Sequence record: OR699282.2 | Strand: one strand, 5' to 3' | DNA: 64,000 nt | Shown here: in pieces, positions 28,216 to 43,196 of the stretch | Numbering within the stretch: position 1 is the stretch's first letter | How the letters are laid out: each line of letters opens with the position of its first letter | Notes under the pieces: generated by a model | What the model saw: the letters and a program-made list of their open reading frames with translations, nothing else | What the model was told of the DNA's origin: nothing | Databases searched by the model: none | Program-made: the position numbers and the translations under genes

Positions 28216-28947
28216 ATGGATCTACGCAACGTACTACGTGACCTCGTAAACACAACCAGTGGTATTGACTTCTCTTGTATTGCAGTAAGCAGTGAAGACC
28301 GTGGTGAAGGACAACGTGTATATCTAGAAGCGTACACAGATGACCGAACTCTTGTAATGCGAGCATATACTAAAGAAGATGTTCCTGAAGTTCAGGGTCG
28401 TTTTGGCTTAGGTAATCTAGGTCTTCTTCAGGGTCTAATGTCTCTTAAAACATACAGTACTGAAGGAACCACAATCACATCAAATGTTAAAGACGGTTCA
28501 GTTAAAAGTCTGGCATTTAAATCTGAAGACGCAAGCACTACATTTATGGTACAAGCTGAAAAACTTATTCCAGTTCAACCACGTTTCCATGAACAACCAT
28601 ATGACGTACAGGTTATTCCTAGTGCAGCAAAAGTTCAGGAACTAAAGAGTTTTTCTGGTGTATTTAAATCTTTTAGTTCTCTTGTAACTCCGTATACTGA
28701 AGGCGACACCCTATACTTTCACGTTGGTGAGAAAAACAAAAGTAACCACGTTGGTTCTCTAGCTTTTTCTAAAACTGAAGGTGAATTAGGTCTTGGTTTT
28801 GGTTATAATATTGATCGCGTACTTCAAGCATTATCTCGCGTATCTAATGCCGAATCAGTATCACTTGGTATTACTAAAACTGGTATGCTAAATGTAACAC
28901 TAGATACTGGAATTGCAGTATACAAATTTTACGTAACAGGCTGCTAA
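28216..28947 (+). CDS. Probable sliding clamp (gp45-like)
   Basis: 243 aa with alternating beta/alpha pattern, near the polymerase; no gp45 motif firmly recognised. Confidence 0.5.
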   Translation: MDLRNVLRDLVNTTSGIDFSCIAVSSEDRGEGQRVYLEAYTDDRTLVMRAYTKEDVPEVQGRFGLGNLGLLQGLMSLKTYSTEGTTITSNVKDGSVKSLAFKSEDASTTFMVQAEKLIPVQPRFHEQPYDVQVIPSAAKVQELKSFSGVFKSFSSLVTPYTEGDTLYFHVGEKNKSNHVGSLAFSKTEGELGLGFGYNIDRVLQALSRVSNAESVSLGITKTGMLNVTLDTGIAVYKFYVTGC

Positions 28948-29011
28948 TATAAATAACGGGGAACACTATGTTCCCCAAATTAGTTTGATTTAAAAAGTAA
29001 AGGAATACAAA

Positions 29012-29218
29012 ATGCCATTATATACATATCGTTGTGAAAAAGAAGAATGCAAACATAGCATGGAAAAAATTGTTAAAATTGCAAATCGTGATGAACCTCA
29101 TGATTGTCCTAAATGTAATGGTGAAAAAACTATGAAGTTGGAAGTGTTCACTCCAGGTGATAAGGGTGCTAATCTTTATTTCCGTGGAAAATGGTTTGCA
29201 AATACTGGAGGTTACTGA
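29012..29218 (+). CDS. FmdB-family zinc ribbon protein
   Basis: MPLYTYRC..C...CPKC...F.GKWF pattern. Confidence 0.8.
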   Translation: MPLYTYRCEKEECKHSMEKIVKIANRDEPHDCPKCNGEKTMKLEVFTPGDKGANLYFRGKWFANTGGY

Positions 29219-29219
29219 T

Positions 29220-29519
29220 ATGAAAATTAAAATGATTAATGATTACGTTCTTGTTCGACAAATTGAAGCACAGAATAAAAGTACTGGTGGTATTATTCTA
29301 GGTAATGTTGAACCACCATGTATTGGGATGGTAATTTCCGTTGGTCCAGGTAAAATTCTTCCGAACGGACAACTTGCAGAACATAATATTAAAGAAGGTG
29401 ATATGGTTGTGTTTGGTCGTTCATCTTTGAACACACCACTGACTGAAGATCTTGGTGGCGGCGAAGATACATATTATGTAATGAAAATCGAAGAGATTTT
29501 TGGTAAGAAAAATGGCTAA
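29220..29519 (+). CDS. groES: Co-chaperonin GroES-like
   Basis: DYVLVR...STGGIIL...VISVGPG...IKEGD.V.F; ATG 29220 with GGAG RBS. Confidence 0.9.
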   Translation: MKIKMINDYVLVRQIEAQNKSTGGIILGNVEPPCIGMVISVGPGKILPNGQLAEHNIKEGDMVVFGRSSLNTPLTEDLGGGEDTYYVMKIEEIFGKKNG

Positions 29520-30237
29520 AAAGAAATTTATTCCATTTTGGATGGTCCCTGCTCACTGGGGACTTTCTGGAAAGGCAAAAGAGATAGCTAAAGCATACTA
29601 CTACAATGATGATTATGAAGCTGATATGAAAGTTGCTGAATTGACATATCTAACTCCATATGAAGTTGAAGTGGCCCAATTGGATATTAAAAAGAAATAT
29701 AGCGTAATTGGAGATTTGGAATATCTAATTGCTGTACTTGATGTTGAACTAAAATATTCTAAAATTACTCGTGAACAGTATGATGTTAAAGTTCTTGATG
29801 CAAAACTAAGTATTGGAGTTATTACAGAAAAAGAATATGATATGGAAATCATTGAGTTAATGCCAGAAGGTGATGAAAAAAGGCTTAAGGCTATTGAATT
29901 TGCATATCGTTACGATGAAATCACACAAAGTGAATATTCTAAGGAAATATACACACTTCGTAAAGAACCTTGGATTGATTTGGATGTTGTTCTTGATCCT
30001 GAAACTAATGAAGTTGAGTTTGTATTTGACTATAATGAATATTTCTGGAAAAAGTTGAAAGCTGAAGGTCATCCAGGAAATGATGAAGAAGAAATTATCG
30101 ATAACTTTGTGAGAGACTTGGGGCGTAAACTTGCTACGGATGATTTCAGTGATGATTACGACACAAAGCTGGTGAGTGCGAACGAAGGATTAGACAAGCT
30201 ACCTGGTTTGCCTGAAGGATTTCGTTCATATAGATAA
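29512..30237 (+). CDS. Hypothetical protein
   Basis: Long acidic helical ORF coupled to groES. Confidence 0.65.
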   Translation: MAKKKFIPFWMVPAHWGLSGKAKEIAKAYYYNDDYEADMKVAELTYLTPYEVEVAQLDIKKKYSVIGDLEYLIAVLDVELKYSKITREQYDVKVLDAKLSIGVITEKEYDMEIIELMPEGDEKRLKAIEFAYRYDEITQSEYSKEIYTLRKEPWIDLDVVLDPETNEVEFVFDYNEYFWKKLKAEGHPGNDEEEIIDNFVRDLGRKLATDDFSDDYDTKLVSANEGLDKLPGLPEGFRSYR

Positions 30238-30242
30238 CATAT

Positions 30243-30276
30243 AAAAAAAGGAGAGCAAATGCTCTCCTTTTCTTTT
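30243..30276. terminator. Bidirectional intrinsic terminator
   Basis: A7-GGAGAGC-AAAT-GCTCTCC-T4 between convergent genes. Confidence 0.85.
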
Positions 30277-30284
30277 GAAAAATA

Positions 30285-30974
30285 TTAAACCAATGCTGGG
30301 ATGTATTGGAAAAGTTTAACACCGAAATCACCTGCTGCATCAGCAGATTGGGAACGTAGGTAAACTTCGGTAACACCATCTTTAGCAAGTAGTGGAACAC
30401 CAGTTAGATCATCAATTAGTAGACGGCCTTCTTCGGATTCAGTACTTGGTACACCTTGTGGTGATTTAAGATCTTTGTTAAAGACACCAGCACGTTCAAC
30501 TAGGAAGGTAACAACAGAAGCATCAGCAATACTAACTGAACCTGCACTCAATACACCATCAGGTGCGTTGGTGAAACCAGTAACTGGAAATACTTCAAGA
30601 CCATTACCTGCGATGTTAGAGGTAGCGATGATAACCGCACGTTGTTGAACAACATCGACAATACGTTTAACGTTAGTTTGTGCTGCATAAGATGCATTGT
30701 AATCAGCTTCTAGTGTGCCAAGAACAAATGCAGTTCCATCAATACGTTTGATACCTTTATCATTTAGATATGCTAGAATTTCTTCTGGAATATCAGTGTT
30801 TAGAAAACGTTGTAGACCAGCATAAGAAGAAACTGCACCAGTAACTAGAACGTTTACGTTTCCTAGCTTACTGATAGCAATGGATGCTAGGGCGTTAGTG
30901 CCACAAAAGTAACCTAGAATACGTTCAAAGGAATAACCATTGATACGTTCAAAAGAAGTATTAGTATATGACAT
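30285..30974 (-). CDS. Abundant virion protein, probable head decoration (paralogue A)
   Basis: Capsid-like codon optimisation; shares QQRAV and ER..VFNK with the neighbouring gene. Confidence 0.55.
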   Translation of the reverse strand: MSYTNTSFERINGYSFERILGYFCGTNALASIAISKLGNVNVLVTGAVSSYAGLQRFLNTDIPEEILAYLNDKGIKRIDGTAFVLGTLEADYNASYAAQTNVKRIVDVVQQRAVIIATSNIAGNGLEVFPVTGFTNAPDGVLSAGSVSIADASVVTFLVERAGVFNKDLKSPQGVPSTESEEGRLLIDDLTGVPLLAKDGVTEVYLRSQSADAAGDFGVKLFQYIPALV

Positions 30975-30988
30975 AATCTATCCTCCTA

Positions 30989-31588
30989 TTATAGTTGAAC
31001 AGGAAGAGCAGCACGTACTTTAATTGCTACAGCAGTAGATGCACCTGCATCACCAACACCATCAGTACCTTGACTTACGAAAGTTTTGGTACGGAAAACT
31101 TTAGCTTGAGCGATAGACTTAGCTAGGTCAACAGTTGGATCAACTGGAGCAGGACATGCTGAACCAGGACGAACTTCTTGCTTGTTAAATACGTCTTGAC
31201 GTTCACAGATGAAAGTCAATGCAACAGAATTAGCACCACCTGCTACATCAGCACCACTAGTGCCGAACGCAACTACGTTTGGATTAGCATTTTTGAAATC
31301 AGCAGGAATAACAACTTCTGAATCAAGAGCTAGTAGAGAGGTAGTAACTAGAACTGCACGTTGTTGTAGTAGTTGGGTAACCATGAATAGGTTATATTGA
31401 GCATTACTTAGAGCAGTTTGATACGCTTCAGCTTGAACATCAGAACCGTCAGAAGTAACTTTGGTAGTACCTAGTTCAACATCAGTTGGTAGATCGATTA
31501 CGATGGTAACGAAACCGTTATTACCACCCCACCATTCGCGAGCAACGCTAGACATACCATAGTTACGGTTAAAAGAATTAAGACTCAT
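30989..31588 (-). CDS. Abundant virion protein, probable head decoration (paralogue B)
   Basis: Late motif ATAAATA on - at 31635-31641; AAGGAG RBS; optimised codons. Confidence 0.55.
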   Translation of the reverse strand: MSLNSFNRNYGMSSVAREWWGGNNGFVTIVIDLPTDVELGTTKVTSDGSDVQAEAYQTALSNAQYNLFMVTQLLQQRAVLVTTSLLALDSEVVIPADFKNANPNVVAFGTSGADVAGGANSVALTFICERQDVFNKQEVRPGSACPAPVDPTVDLAKSIAQAKVFRTKTFVSQGTDGVGDAGASTAVAIKVRAALPVQL

Positions 31589-31712
31589 GAAAATCTCCTT
31601 GTCAAATTTTGTGCAGGTATATCCTGCTTAAAGTTATTTATCAAAAAATATCACTAGCATTTAAATTTACTGAGATATTTAATGAATTTCTATGATATTA
31701 TTTATCAAATCT

Positions 31713-31740
31713 GGGAAAGTGATTCAAGATGTGCTATAAT
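31713..31740 (+). promoter_or_regulatory. Promoter GGGAAA-N16-TATAAT
   Basis: Hexamer 31713-31718, TGC, TATAAT 31735-31740. Confidence 0.65.
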
Positions 31741-31749
31741 TATCAATGA

Positions 31750-37046
<5,297 letters not shown>

Positions 37047-37133
37047 GTAAAACGTTGAAGGAACAATGAAGTTTCTGAAACATTGAAGCCAATTAACAAA
37101 TAACAAAGAAACCCAAAATCAAGGAAGATATAT

Positions 37134-38186
37134 ATGAAATCTCTAGCTGAAATTCGTGCACACCTAAAAGCAGAACAAGAAAAAGCAGAAGCTCAAAAGA
37201 ATGGTACATTTACTGGCGAGCGTAAAGCTGATTCGTTCTTAGCTTTCTGGAACGTACCTTATAACGAACCACTAAACCTACGTTTTCTACCAGATGCAGA
37301 TGAGTCTAACCCATTCTTCTGGCGTGAACGTGACATGATTAACCTAACTTTCAATGGTGTAGTCGGTATGCACACTGATAAAGTTACCGTTCAAGTACCT
37401 TGTAACGAAATGTGGGTTCCTAAATCCTGTCCGGTTCTGAAAGAAGTACGTCAATGGTTCCAAAGTGCGAATGAAACAGGGAACGAAGAACTAAAAGCAA
37501 TGGCTGGTCGTTACTGGAAGAAGAAAACCTATCTAATGCAATGTTTTATTGCTCCTGATAGCGTTGCAGTAAAAGACGACATTGCACCAGAAAATCCAAT
37601 TCGTCGTATTCTGGCTAACAAAGATATCTTTGATAAAGTTAAATCCATCCTGCTAAACCCAGGCATCAAAGAGTCTCCAACTCACTACGTTCAAGGTCGT
37701 GATTTTGGTATTGTTAAAACTAAGAATGGTGGTGGTTATAATAGCTACGACATGTCTCAATTCTCCATGTCTGAGCGTCCACTAAACGAAGAAGAACTAG
37801 CAGCAATTGAAAAATATGGCCTATACAATCTAAATGATTTTATGCCAAAACAACCAACTCCAGAAGAGTTGAAAGCAATTGAAGAAATGTTCGAAGCATC
37901 AGTAAATGGTGAAGCATATGATCCAGCACGTTGGGCATTTGCATATCGTCCAGCAGGTGTACCAAAACCTAACTCTGGAACTGTTACTGAATCAAAACCA
38001 ACTCCTGCTCCAGTACAACAAGAGTCAGCACCTGCACCAGTAGCACCTACTGCTCCAGTTACACCAGCCCCACAAGCTGCTCCAGTAACTCCAGTCGCTA
38101 CCCCAGCAGCAACCACTCCTGAAGCACCAAAAGAACAACTATCTGCATCTGCACTAGTTGCTCGTTTGAAACAACAAGGTAAGTAA
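37134..38186 (+). CDS. Single-stranded DNA-binding protein (gp32-like)
   Basis: LRFLPDAD..NPFFW, VPC..MW...CPVL, RYWKKKTY, GRDF..K; Pro/Ala-rich tail. Confidence 0.88.
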   Translation: MKSLAEIRAHLKAEQEKAEAQKNGTFTGERKADSFLAFWNVPYNEPLNLRFLPDADESNPFFWRERDMINLTFNGVVGMHTDKVTVQVPCNEMWVPKSCPVLKEVRQWFQSANETGNEELKAMAGRYWKKKTYLMQCFIAPDSVAVKDDIAPENPIRRILANKDIFDKVKSILLNPGIKESPTHYVQGRDFGIVKTKNGGGYNSYDMSQFSMSERPLNEEELAAIEKYGLYNLNDFMPKQPTPEELKAIEEMFEASVNGEAYDPARWAFAYRPAGVPKPNSGTVTESKPTPAPVQQESAPAPVAPTAPVTPAPQAAPVTPVATPAATTPEAPKEQLSASALVARLKQQGK

Positions 38187-38204
38187 TAGTTTTTGAAAAG
38201 TTAA

Positions 38205-38232
38205 GGGGCAACGGAGTTTGCCCCGTTTTATT
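38205..38232 (+). terminator. Intrinsic terminator
   Basis: GGGGCAA/TTGCCCC stem with a T-rich tail. Confidence 0.65.
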
Positions 38233-38255
38233 TCATAAAATTCAAGGAGCGAATT

Positions 38256-39374
38256 ATGAAAATGACAAGTGGTTTTGCGAACATTCTTAAAAACAGTACT
38301 GGTAGTGTTAAAAAGAATACTGGTGTTAGTGTTGGTTTTCATGATCCAGATACATGGGTTAGTACTGGTAACTATGCACTAAATTATCGCATCAGTGGCT
38401 ATTTTGACCGTGGTATCCCACTAGGCAAAGTAACGATGTTTGCTGGTGAATCAGGTAGTGGTAAATCTTTTATCGTATCTGGTAATATTGCACGTGAAGC
38501 TCAAAAACAAGGCATCTTTGTTGTTATGATTGACTCAGAGAACGCATTGGATTCAGATTGGCTTCAAGCACTTGGTGTTGACACTTCTGAAGAAAAACTT
38601 TTGAAAGTCAATATGGGTATGATTGGTGACGTTGCAAAATTCACCTATGAGTTCATTGAAGGATATCGTAAAGAATACGAAAATACACCTAAAGATGAAC
38701 GTCAAAAAGTATTGTTTATTATTGATTCAATTGGTATGCTAAACACTGAAGTAGCCAATGATCAAATGAAAGCGGGTAACCTTAAAGGTGACATGGGTCA
38801 TAAACCCAAACAGCTTAAAGCATATATCACAAACTGTGTAAACTCTATTGGTTCATTGAACATTGGTATGGTTTGCGTTAACCACAGTTATGAATCTCAG
38901 GACATGTTTAACCCAGATCCTAAAGTTTCAGGTGGTAGTGGCTTGATTTATGCTTCATCTATGGTTATCGCAATGGGTAAATTAAAACTTAAAGAAGATG
39001 AAGACGGAAATAAAACTTCCGAAGTAAATGGTATTCGTGCTAAATGTAAAGTCATGAAGACTCGTTACAACAAGCCGTTCGAAGATGTAGAAATTAAAAT
39101 TCCTTGGGATAAAGGTATGGACCCACGTAGTGGTCTACTAGATATGTTTGAAAAATACGGTCTAATCACTAAATCAGGTAACCGTCTATTGTATGTTGAT
39201 ATTGTAACTGGCGAACAGATTCTAAAATATCGCAAAGAGTGGATGCGTAATGAAGATTCATGTCTTGATTTGGTAATGCATCAATTTAAAAATCATCCTT
39301 TGATTGAAGAAGTTAAAGAAGAAGAAAAAGGTGATGAAACTTTTGGTACTGATGTGGATATTAGTGAGGAATAA
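38256..39374 (+). CDS. uvsX: RecA-like recombinase
   Basis: STGNYALN, GESGSGKS, IDSENALD, IIDSIG, SGGSG. Confidence 0.93.
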   Translation: MKMTSGFANILKNSTGSVKKNTGVSVGFHDPDTWVSTGNYALNYRISGYFDRGIPLGKVTMFAGESGSGKSFIVSGNIAREAQKQGIFVVMIDSENALDSDWLQALGVDTSEEKLLKVNMGMIGDVAKFTYEFIEGYRKEYENTPKDERQKVLFIIDSIGMLNTEVANDQMKAGNLKGDMGHKPKQLKAYITNCVNSIGSLNIGMVCVNHSYESQDMFNPDPKVSGGSGLIYASSMVIAMGKLKLKEDEDGNKTSEVNGIRAKCKVMKTRYNKPFEDVEIKIPWDKGMDPRSGLLDMFEKYGLITKSGNRLLYVDIVTGEQILKYRKEWMRNEDSCLDLVMHQFKNHPLIEEVKEEEKGDETFGTDVDISEE

Positions 39375-39835
39375 TGAAACCTTGGCATTGGATTATCAAA
39401 GATGATAAATCTAAAATTATTGAAATGATTGAGTTCTTTAACAAAGAAGTTGAAGAAGCTCGTCGTGAAGTAAAGAAGATTGGCATCATTGAAAAAATTG
39501 CTCAAGAGATTCCTGGCTGGCATGAGACGCGTCTAAGCCAGCTTCAAGAACTTGAAGCAGTATTGGAAATGTTAGAAATTGAAATGCGTCAGGTACAAGC
39601 CGAGAAGTTCAAATACTTTCTCGAAGGATACCGCCGTGCACTATCTTCATCTGACTGTAAAAAGTATGTTGAAGGTGATAAAGATGTTTGTGAGTTAGCA
39701 GAACTTATAAACGAGGTATCTTATATAAGAAATACATATTCAAGTATTGTTAAATCCTTAGAGATGAAAGCTTTTCAGTTAAACAATATTGTGAGACTAC
39801 GTGCCGCTGGTATTGAGGATGCACGTTTAGAATAA
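39374..39835 (+). CDS. uvsY: Recombination mediator
   Basis: Helical, RALSSSDCKKYVEGD, KAFQLNNIVRLRAAGIED; follows uvsX. Confidence 0.8.
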   Translation: MKPWHWIIKDDKSKIIEMIEFFNKEVEEARREVKKIGIIEKIAQEIPGWHETRLSQLQELEAVLEMLEIEMRQVQAEKFKYFLEGYRRALSSSDCKKYVEGDKDVCELAELINEVSYIRNTYSSIVKSLEMKAFQLNNIVRLRAAGIEDARLE

Positions 39836-39882
39836 TTATCATTAAGGACGCATATCGCGTCCTTTTTCTATGCGAGAATAAA

Positions 39883-40701
39883 ATGACAAAATTAAATGAG
39901 TTTTTATCAAATGTAGCAGTTCTAGATACTGAAACTACTGGGGTTGAGAGTGAAGATGATATTATTGAATTTAGTATCTCGTATCCACATACTTCACATG
40001 AAAACATTGATACTATTGATAACTATACATTGAGATACAAACCCTTGAAAGATATTCCACCAGAGGCATCTGCTGTGCACTTTATCAGTACTGAGGATGT
40101 AGCTAATTGTGTTGGGTATAAAGATGATTTAGATAACATTGATGCACTTATGGGATGCCGTAAGTATTTTGTTGGTCATAATGTACAATTTGACCGTAGA
40201 ATGATGGTAGATAACGAATATAAATATCGTAACTCAATTTCACAGTACTTACTTGATGAAAATAAATGGATTTGTACCCTTCGTCTTGCTAAGAAAATGT
40301 TCGCAGAAGATATTGAATTTAAAAACTTAACTCTAAGTTATTTGTGGTATAAGTTTGGATGTTATCGTGATGTTCATCGACCTGTTAATGCACACGCAGC
40401 AAAAGACGATGTGTTTATGTGTTATCAGGTTCTAATCAAATTAGTTGAAATTGCAATCGAACGTGGACATATCGAATCTAATGGTGATATTGGTGAGCAA
40501 ATTGTAACTTTCTGCAACACACCAATGCGTTATCAATTCATGCCATTTGGTAAACACAAAGGTGAGCCAATGAGTACAGTTCCATTGAATTACATTGAAT
40601 GGATGATTACTAATAGTGACATTTTAGATGCAAGTAACCCTAACTGTGATAAAGATTTAGTATATACATTTGAGTACGAATATAATACTCGAACTAATTA
40701 A
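39883..40701 (+). CDS. DnaQ-like (DEDDh) 3'-5' exonuclease, ExoX-like
   Basis: LDTETTG, GHNVQFD, HAAKDD, C-terminal MPFGKHKG..VP.NYIEW. Confidence 0.85.
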   Translation: MTKLNEFLSNVAVLDTETTGVESEDDIIEFSISYPHTSHENIDTIDNYTLRYKPLKDIPPEASAVHFISTEDVANCVGYKDDLDNIDALMGCRKYFVGHNVQFDRRMMVDNEYKYRNSISQYLLDENKWICTLRLAKKMFAEDIEFKNLTLSYLWYKFGCYRDVHRPVNAHAAKDDVFMCYQVLIKLVEIAIERGHIESNGDIGEQIVTFCNTPMRYQFMPFGKHKGEPMSTVPLNYIEWMITNSDILDASNPNCDKDLVYTFEYEYNTRTN

Positions 40702-40716
40702 TAAAGGTAATCATGG

Positions 40717-42201
40717 ATGAAAACTTGTAAGTTAACCTTATTGGATGAGGTGAATTGTAAATTTGAGGGACTTGATCCCTCAATTAGACAAAAGATGATT
40801 CGTGCAACTGAATATGTGTTACCATATGCAAAGTTCACACCAGCAGGACGTATTGGACGTTGGGATGGTAAAGTTCAGTTTATGAATTTAGGCGGGACAA
40901 CTTATTATCATATGTTAGATAAGTTATTGCCTATTCTTGATGAAGCTAAGATTGACATTGAATTAGTAGATCATAGGGTAGATTATGGATTTAAATTTGA
41001 CCCCATTGATGAAGATATTTTTAGTGATGTTGTATTCGGTGCAGGACACCACATGGAAGGTAAATCCATAAAACTACGTGAACATCAAGTTAATGCGGTT
41101 AATGCATGTTTGGCTAATCCACACGGACTGCTATTGGCAGCGACTGGTGCAGGTAAAACTCTCATTACTGCTGCATTGTCAAAGAAAGTGCAAGAGTATG
41201 GACGTTCTGTTATAATAGTACCAAGTACTGACTTAGTACAACAAACATATGATGACTACATTATGTGTGGGTTGGATACTGGCATGTTCTATGGTTCACA
41301 AAAAGATTTTGGTCACCAACATACTATTACGACTTGGCAATCATTTAACTCTCTATGGAAGAAAACCAAGAAAGGTGAAATTGAATTAACTGAACAAGAC
41401 GTGAATGATTTTATCGATGGAGTAGTTTGTGTTATCGTTGATGAGTGTCAAGGTGCAGGCGGTGACGCATTAGTTCAAGTACTTTCTAAAGTTATGAATA
41501 ACGTACCATTACGTTGGGGTCTTACTGGAACAATTCCTAAAGATCCGGTAGTTGCCGCGAAAATCAAATGTAATGTTGGTGATGTTATATTTAAAATAAC
41601 TGCAAAGGAATTACAAGATAAACAAATACTAAGTACATGTAATGTGAATTGCATCAAACTAAAAAGTAGTATGAAGTTTGCATCATATGCTGAAGAGTTG
41701 AAATACTTAGTAACTGACAGAGATAGGATGGCATATGTAGCGTCATTGATATCTGCGTTATCTGAATCAGGAAACACTTTAGTTTTAGTAGATAGACTTG
41801 AAGCAGGTGAGTTGCTATGTGAATTTTTAGGCATTCCCAAATCAGAATTCGTTCGTGGAGAAACTAAAAAGAAAGATCGAGAATCATCTTATGGTGAAAT
41901 TCGTTGGGCTGATAATAAAATACTTATTGCGACATACGGCGTTGCCAGTACTGGTATTAGTATTTCAAGGTTATATAATGTAGTATTGATTGAGCCAGGA
42001 AAAAGTTTTGTAAGAACTATACAGTCAATTGGACGTGGATTACGCCGAGCAGAAGATAAAGACCACGTAGAAATATATGATATTAGTGGTTCTAATAAGT
42101 ATAGTGCTAAGCATTTACGAGAACGTTTAGCTTACTATAAGGAAGCACAATATCCTCATAGTATAATAGATGTTAAAGATTGGGAAAACACAGCGGGATA
42201 A
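40717..42201 (+). CDS. uvsW: SF2 DNA helicase
   Basis: LREHQ, ATGAGKT, VDEC, GLTGT, QSIGRGLR. Confidence 0.92.
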   Translation: MKTCKLTLLDEVNCKFEGLDPSIRQKMIRATEYVLPYAKFTPAGRIGRWDGKVQFMNLGGTTYYHMLDKLLPILDEAKIDIELVDHRVDYGFKFDPIDEDIFSDVVFGAGHHMEGKSIKLREHQVNAVNACLANPHGLLLAATGAGKTLITAALSKKVQEYGRSVIIVPSTDLVQQTYDDYIMCGLDTGMFYGSQKDFGHQHTITTWQSFNSLWKKTKKGEIELTEQDVNDFIDGVVCVIVDECQGAGGDALVQVLSKVMNNVPLRWGLTGTIPKDPVVAAKIKCNVGDVIFKITAKELQDKQILSTCNVNCIKLKSSMKFASYAEELKYLVTDRDRMAYVASLISALSESGNTLVLVDRLEAGELLCEFLGIPKSEFVRGETKKKDRESSYGEIRWADNKILIATYGVASTGISISRLYNVVLIEPGKSFVRTIQSIGRGLRRAEDKDHVEIYDISGSNKYSAKHLRERLAYYKEAQYPHSIIDVKDWENTAG

Positions 42202-42222
42202 ACCCGCTGTTTGTGATATAAT
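42195..42222 (+). promoter_or_regulatory. Promoter GGGATA-N16-TATAAT overlapping a terminator-like hairpin
   Basis: GGGATA 42195-42200, TGA, TATAAT 42217-42222; ACAGCGGG/CCCGCTGT stem. Confidence 0.65.
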
Positions 42223-42256
42223 GTGTCATATGACAACAACAAGGATGTAAAATAAA

Positions 42257-42685
42257 ATGGAATTGAGATCTAGTATTGCTTTTATTTGTGACCAAGAAAC
42301 TTTAGAAGTTATGGATGTATTGTTGAACGATGATGGTATTATGGATGACATGGTATCTTCTCTTGACTATATACCTGAGCTAGAAACGGATGATACTAAC
42401 GTATGGAGATGTAATATTGATAGTGATTCTTGGATTAATATCTATGAATTACAGACACGAATTGATTCTAAAGTAGAATCATTGAAATATGATATCATCT
42501 ATGCAAGTACTGACACGAAAACTTTTATTGATGTAGTAAGTCTAAGTGGTAATTTTGATTCATATCTGGATACTGATGTAGATAAAATTCAAGAGATGTG
42601 TGAAACTTATGGACTTGAATTTTATGGCGTAGAAGACCAAGATGATGAAGAATATTATGATGACGAAGAAGATTCGCAGTACTAA
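42257..42685 (+). CDS. Acidic hypothetical protein
   Basis: ORF with AAGGA RBS. Confidence 0.65.
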   Translation: MELRSSIAFICDQETLEVMDVLLNDDGIMDDMVSSLDYIPELETDDTNVWRCNIDSDSWINIYELQTRIDSKVESLKYDIIYASTDTKTFIDVVSLSGNFDSYLDTDVDKIQEMCETYGLEFYGVEDQDDEEYYDDEEDSQY

Positions 42686-42694
42686 GGAGATGAC

Positions 42695-43192
42695 ATGAAC
42701 GTATTAACACCTGAAAATAATTCTTTTGACATGGATTTAGTAACAGAACATATCCCTGAAGAAATGTATTGTGTTTTGGATCTAAGCCCAAATGGTGAAT
42801 CTGATTTTTATTTTAGACATATTCTAAACACCGTATCATTTAATAGTATTAGTGCTGATCTTCAAATTGGTGAAAAGATTATTCAAGTGCCTCTAGGATG
42901 GCAAATTATGTTAGGTGATGAAGAAACTGGTATGGTTGAGATGTGTACAATTGAAAACATTCTTAACATGAAAGAACCAAAAGCTTTTGTTTACAATCCT
43001 ATCCGTTCAATGTATCCTAAGTTTGAACCAGTCAAAGTACTACGTGTATTTGCATTAACTACAAAGTGGCAGATACCAATGTTACCTAAAAAGAATTTAC
43101 TATGCGTCCCACTACATAGTGGTGAAAATCCACCATGTGTGTACTTTGCAGATGAAAACGAAAAAATTCAAGATTTGTATCTAGGAGTATAA
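42695..43192 (+). CDS. Beta-rich hypothetical protein
   Basis: AAGGAG RBS; 165 aa. Confidence 0.65.
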   Translation: MNVLTPENNSFDMDLVTEHIPEEMYCVLDLSPNGESDFYFRHILNTVSFNSISADLQIGEKIIQVPLGWQIMLGDEETGMVEMCTIENILNMKEPKAFVYNPIRSMYPKFEPVKVLRVFALTTKWQIPMLPKKNLLCVPLHSGENPPCVYFADENEKIQDLYLGV

Positions 43193-43196
43193 AATA

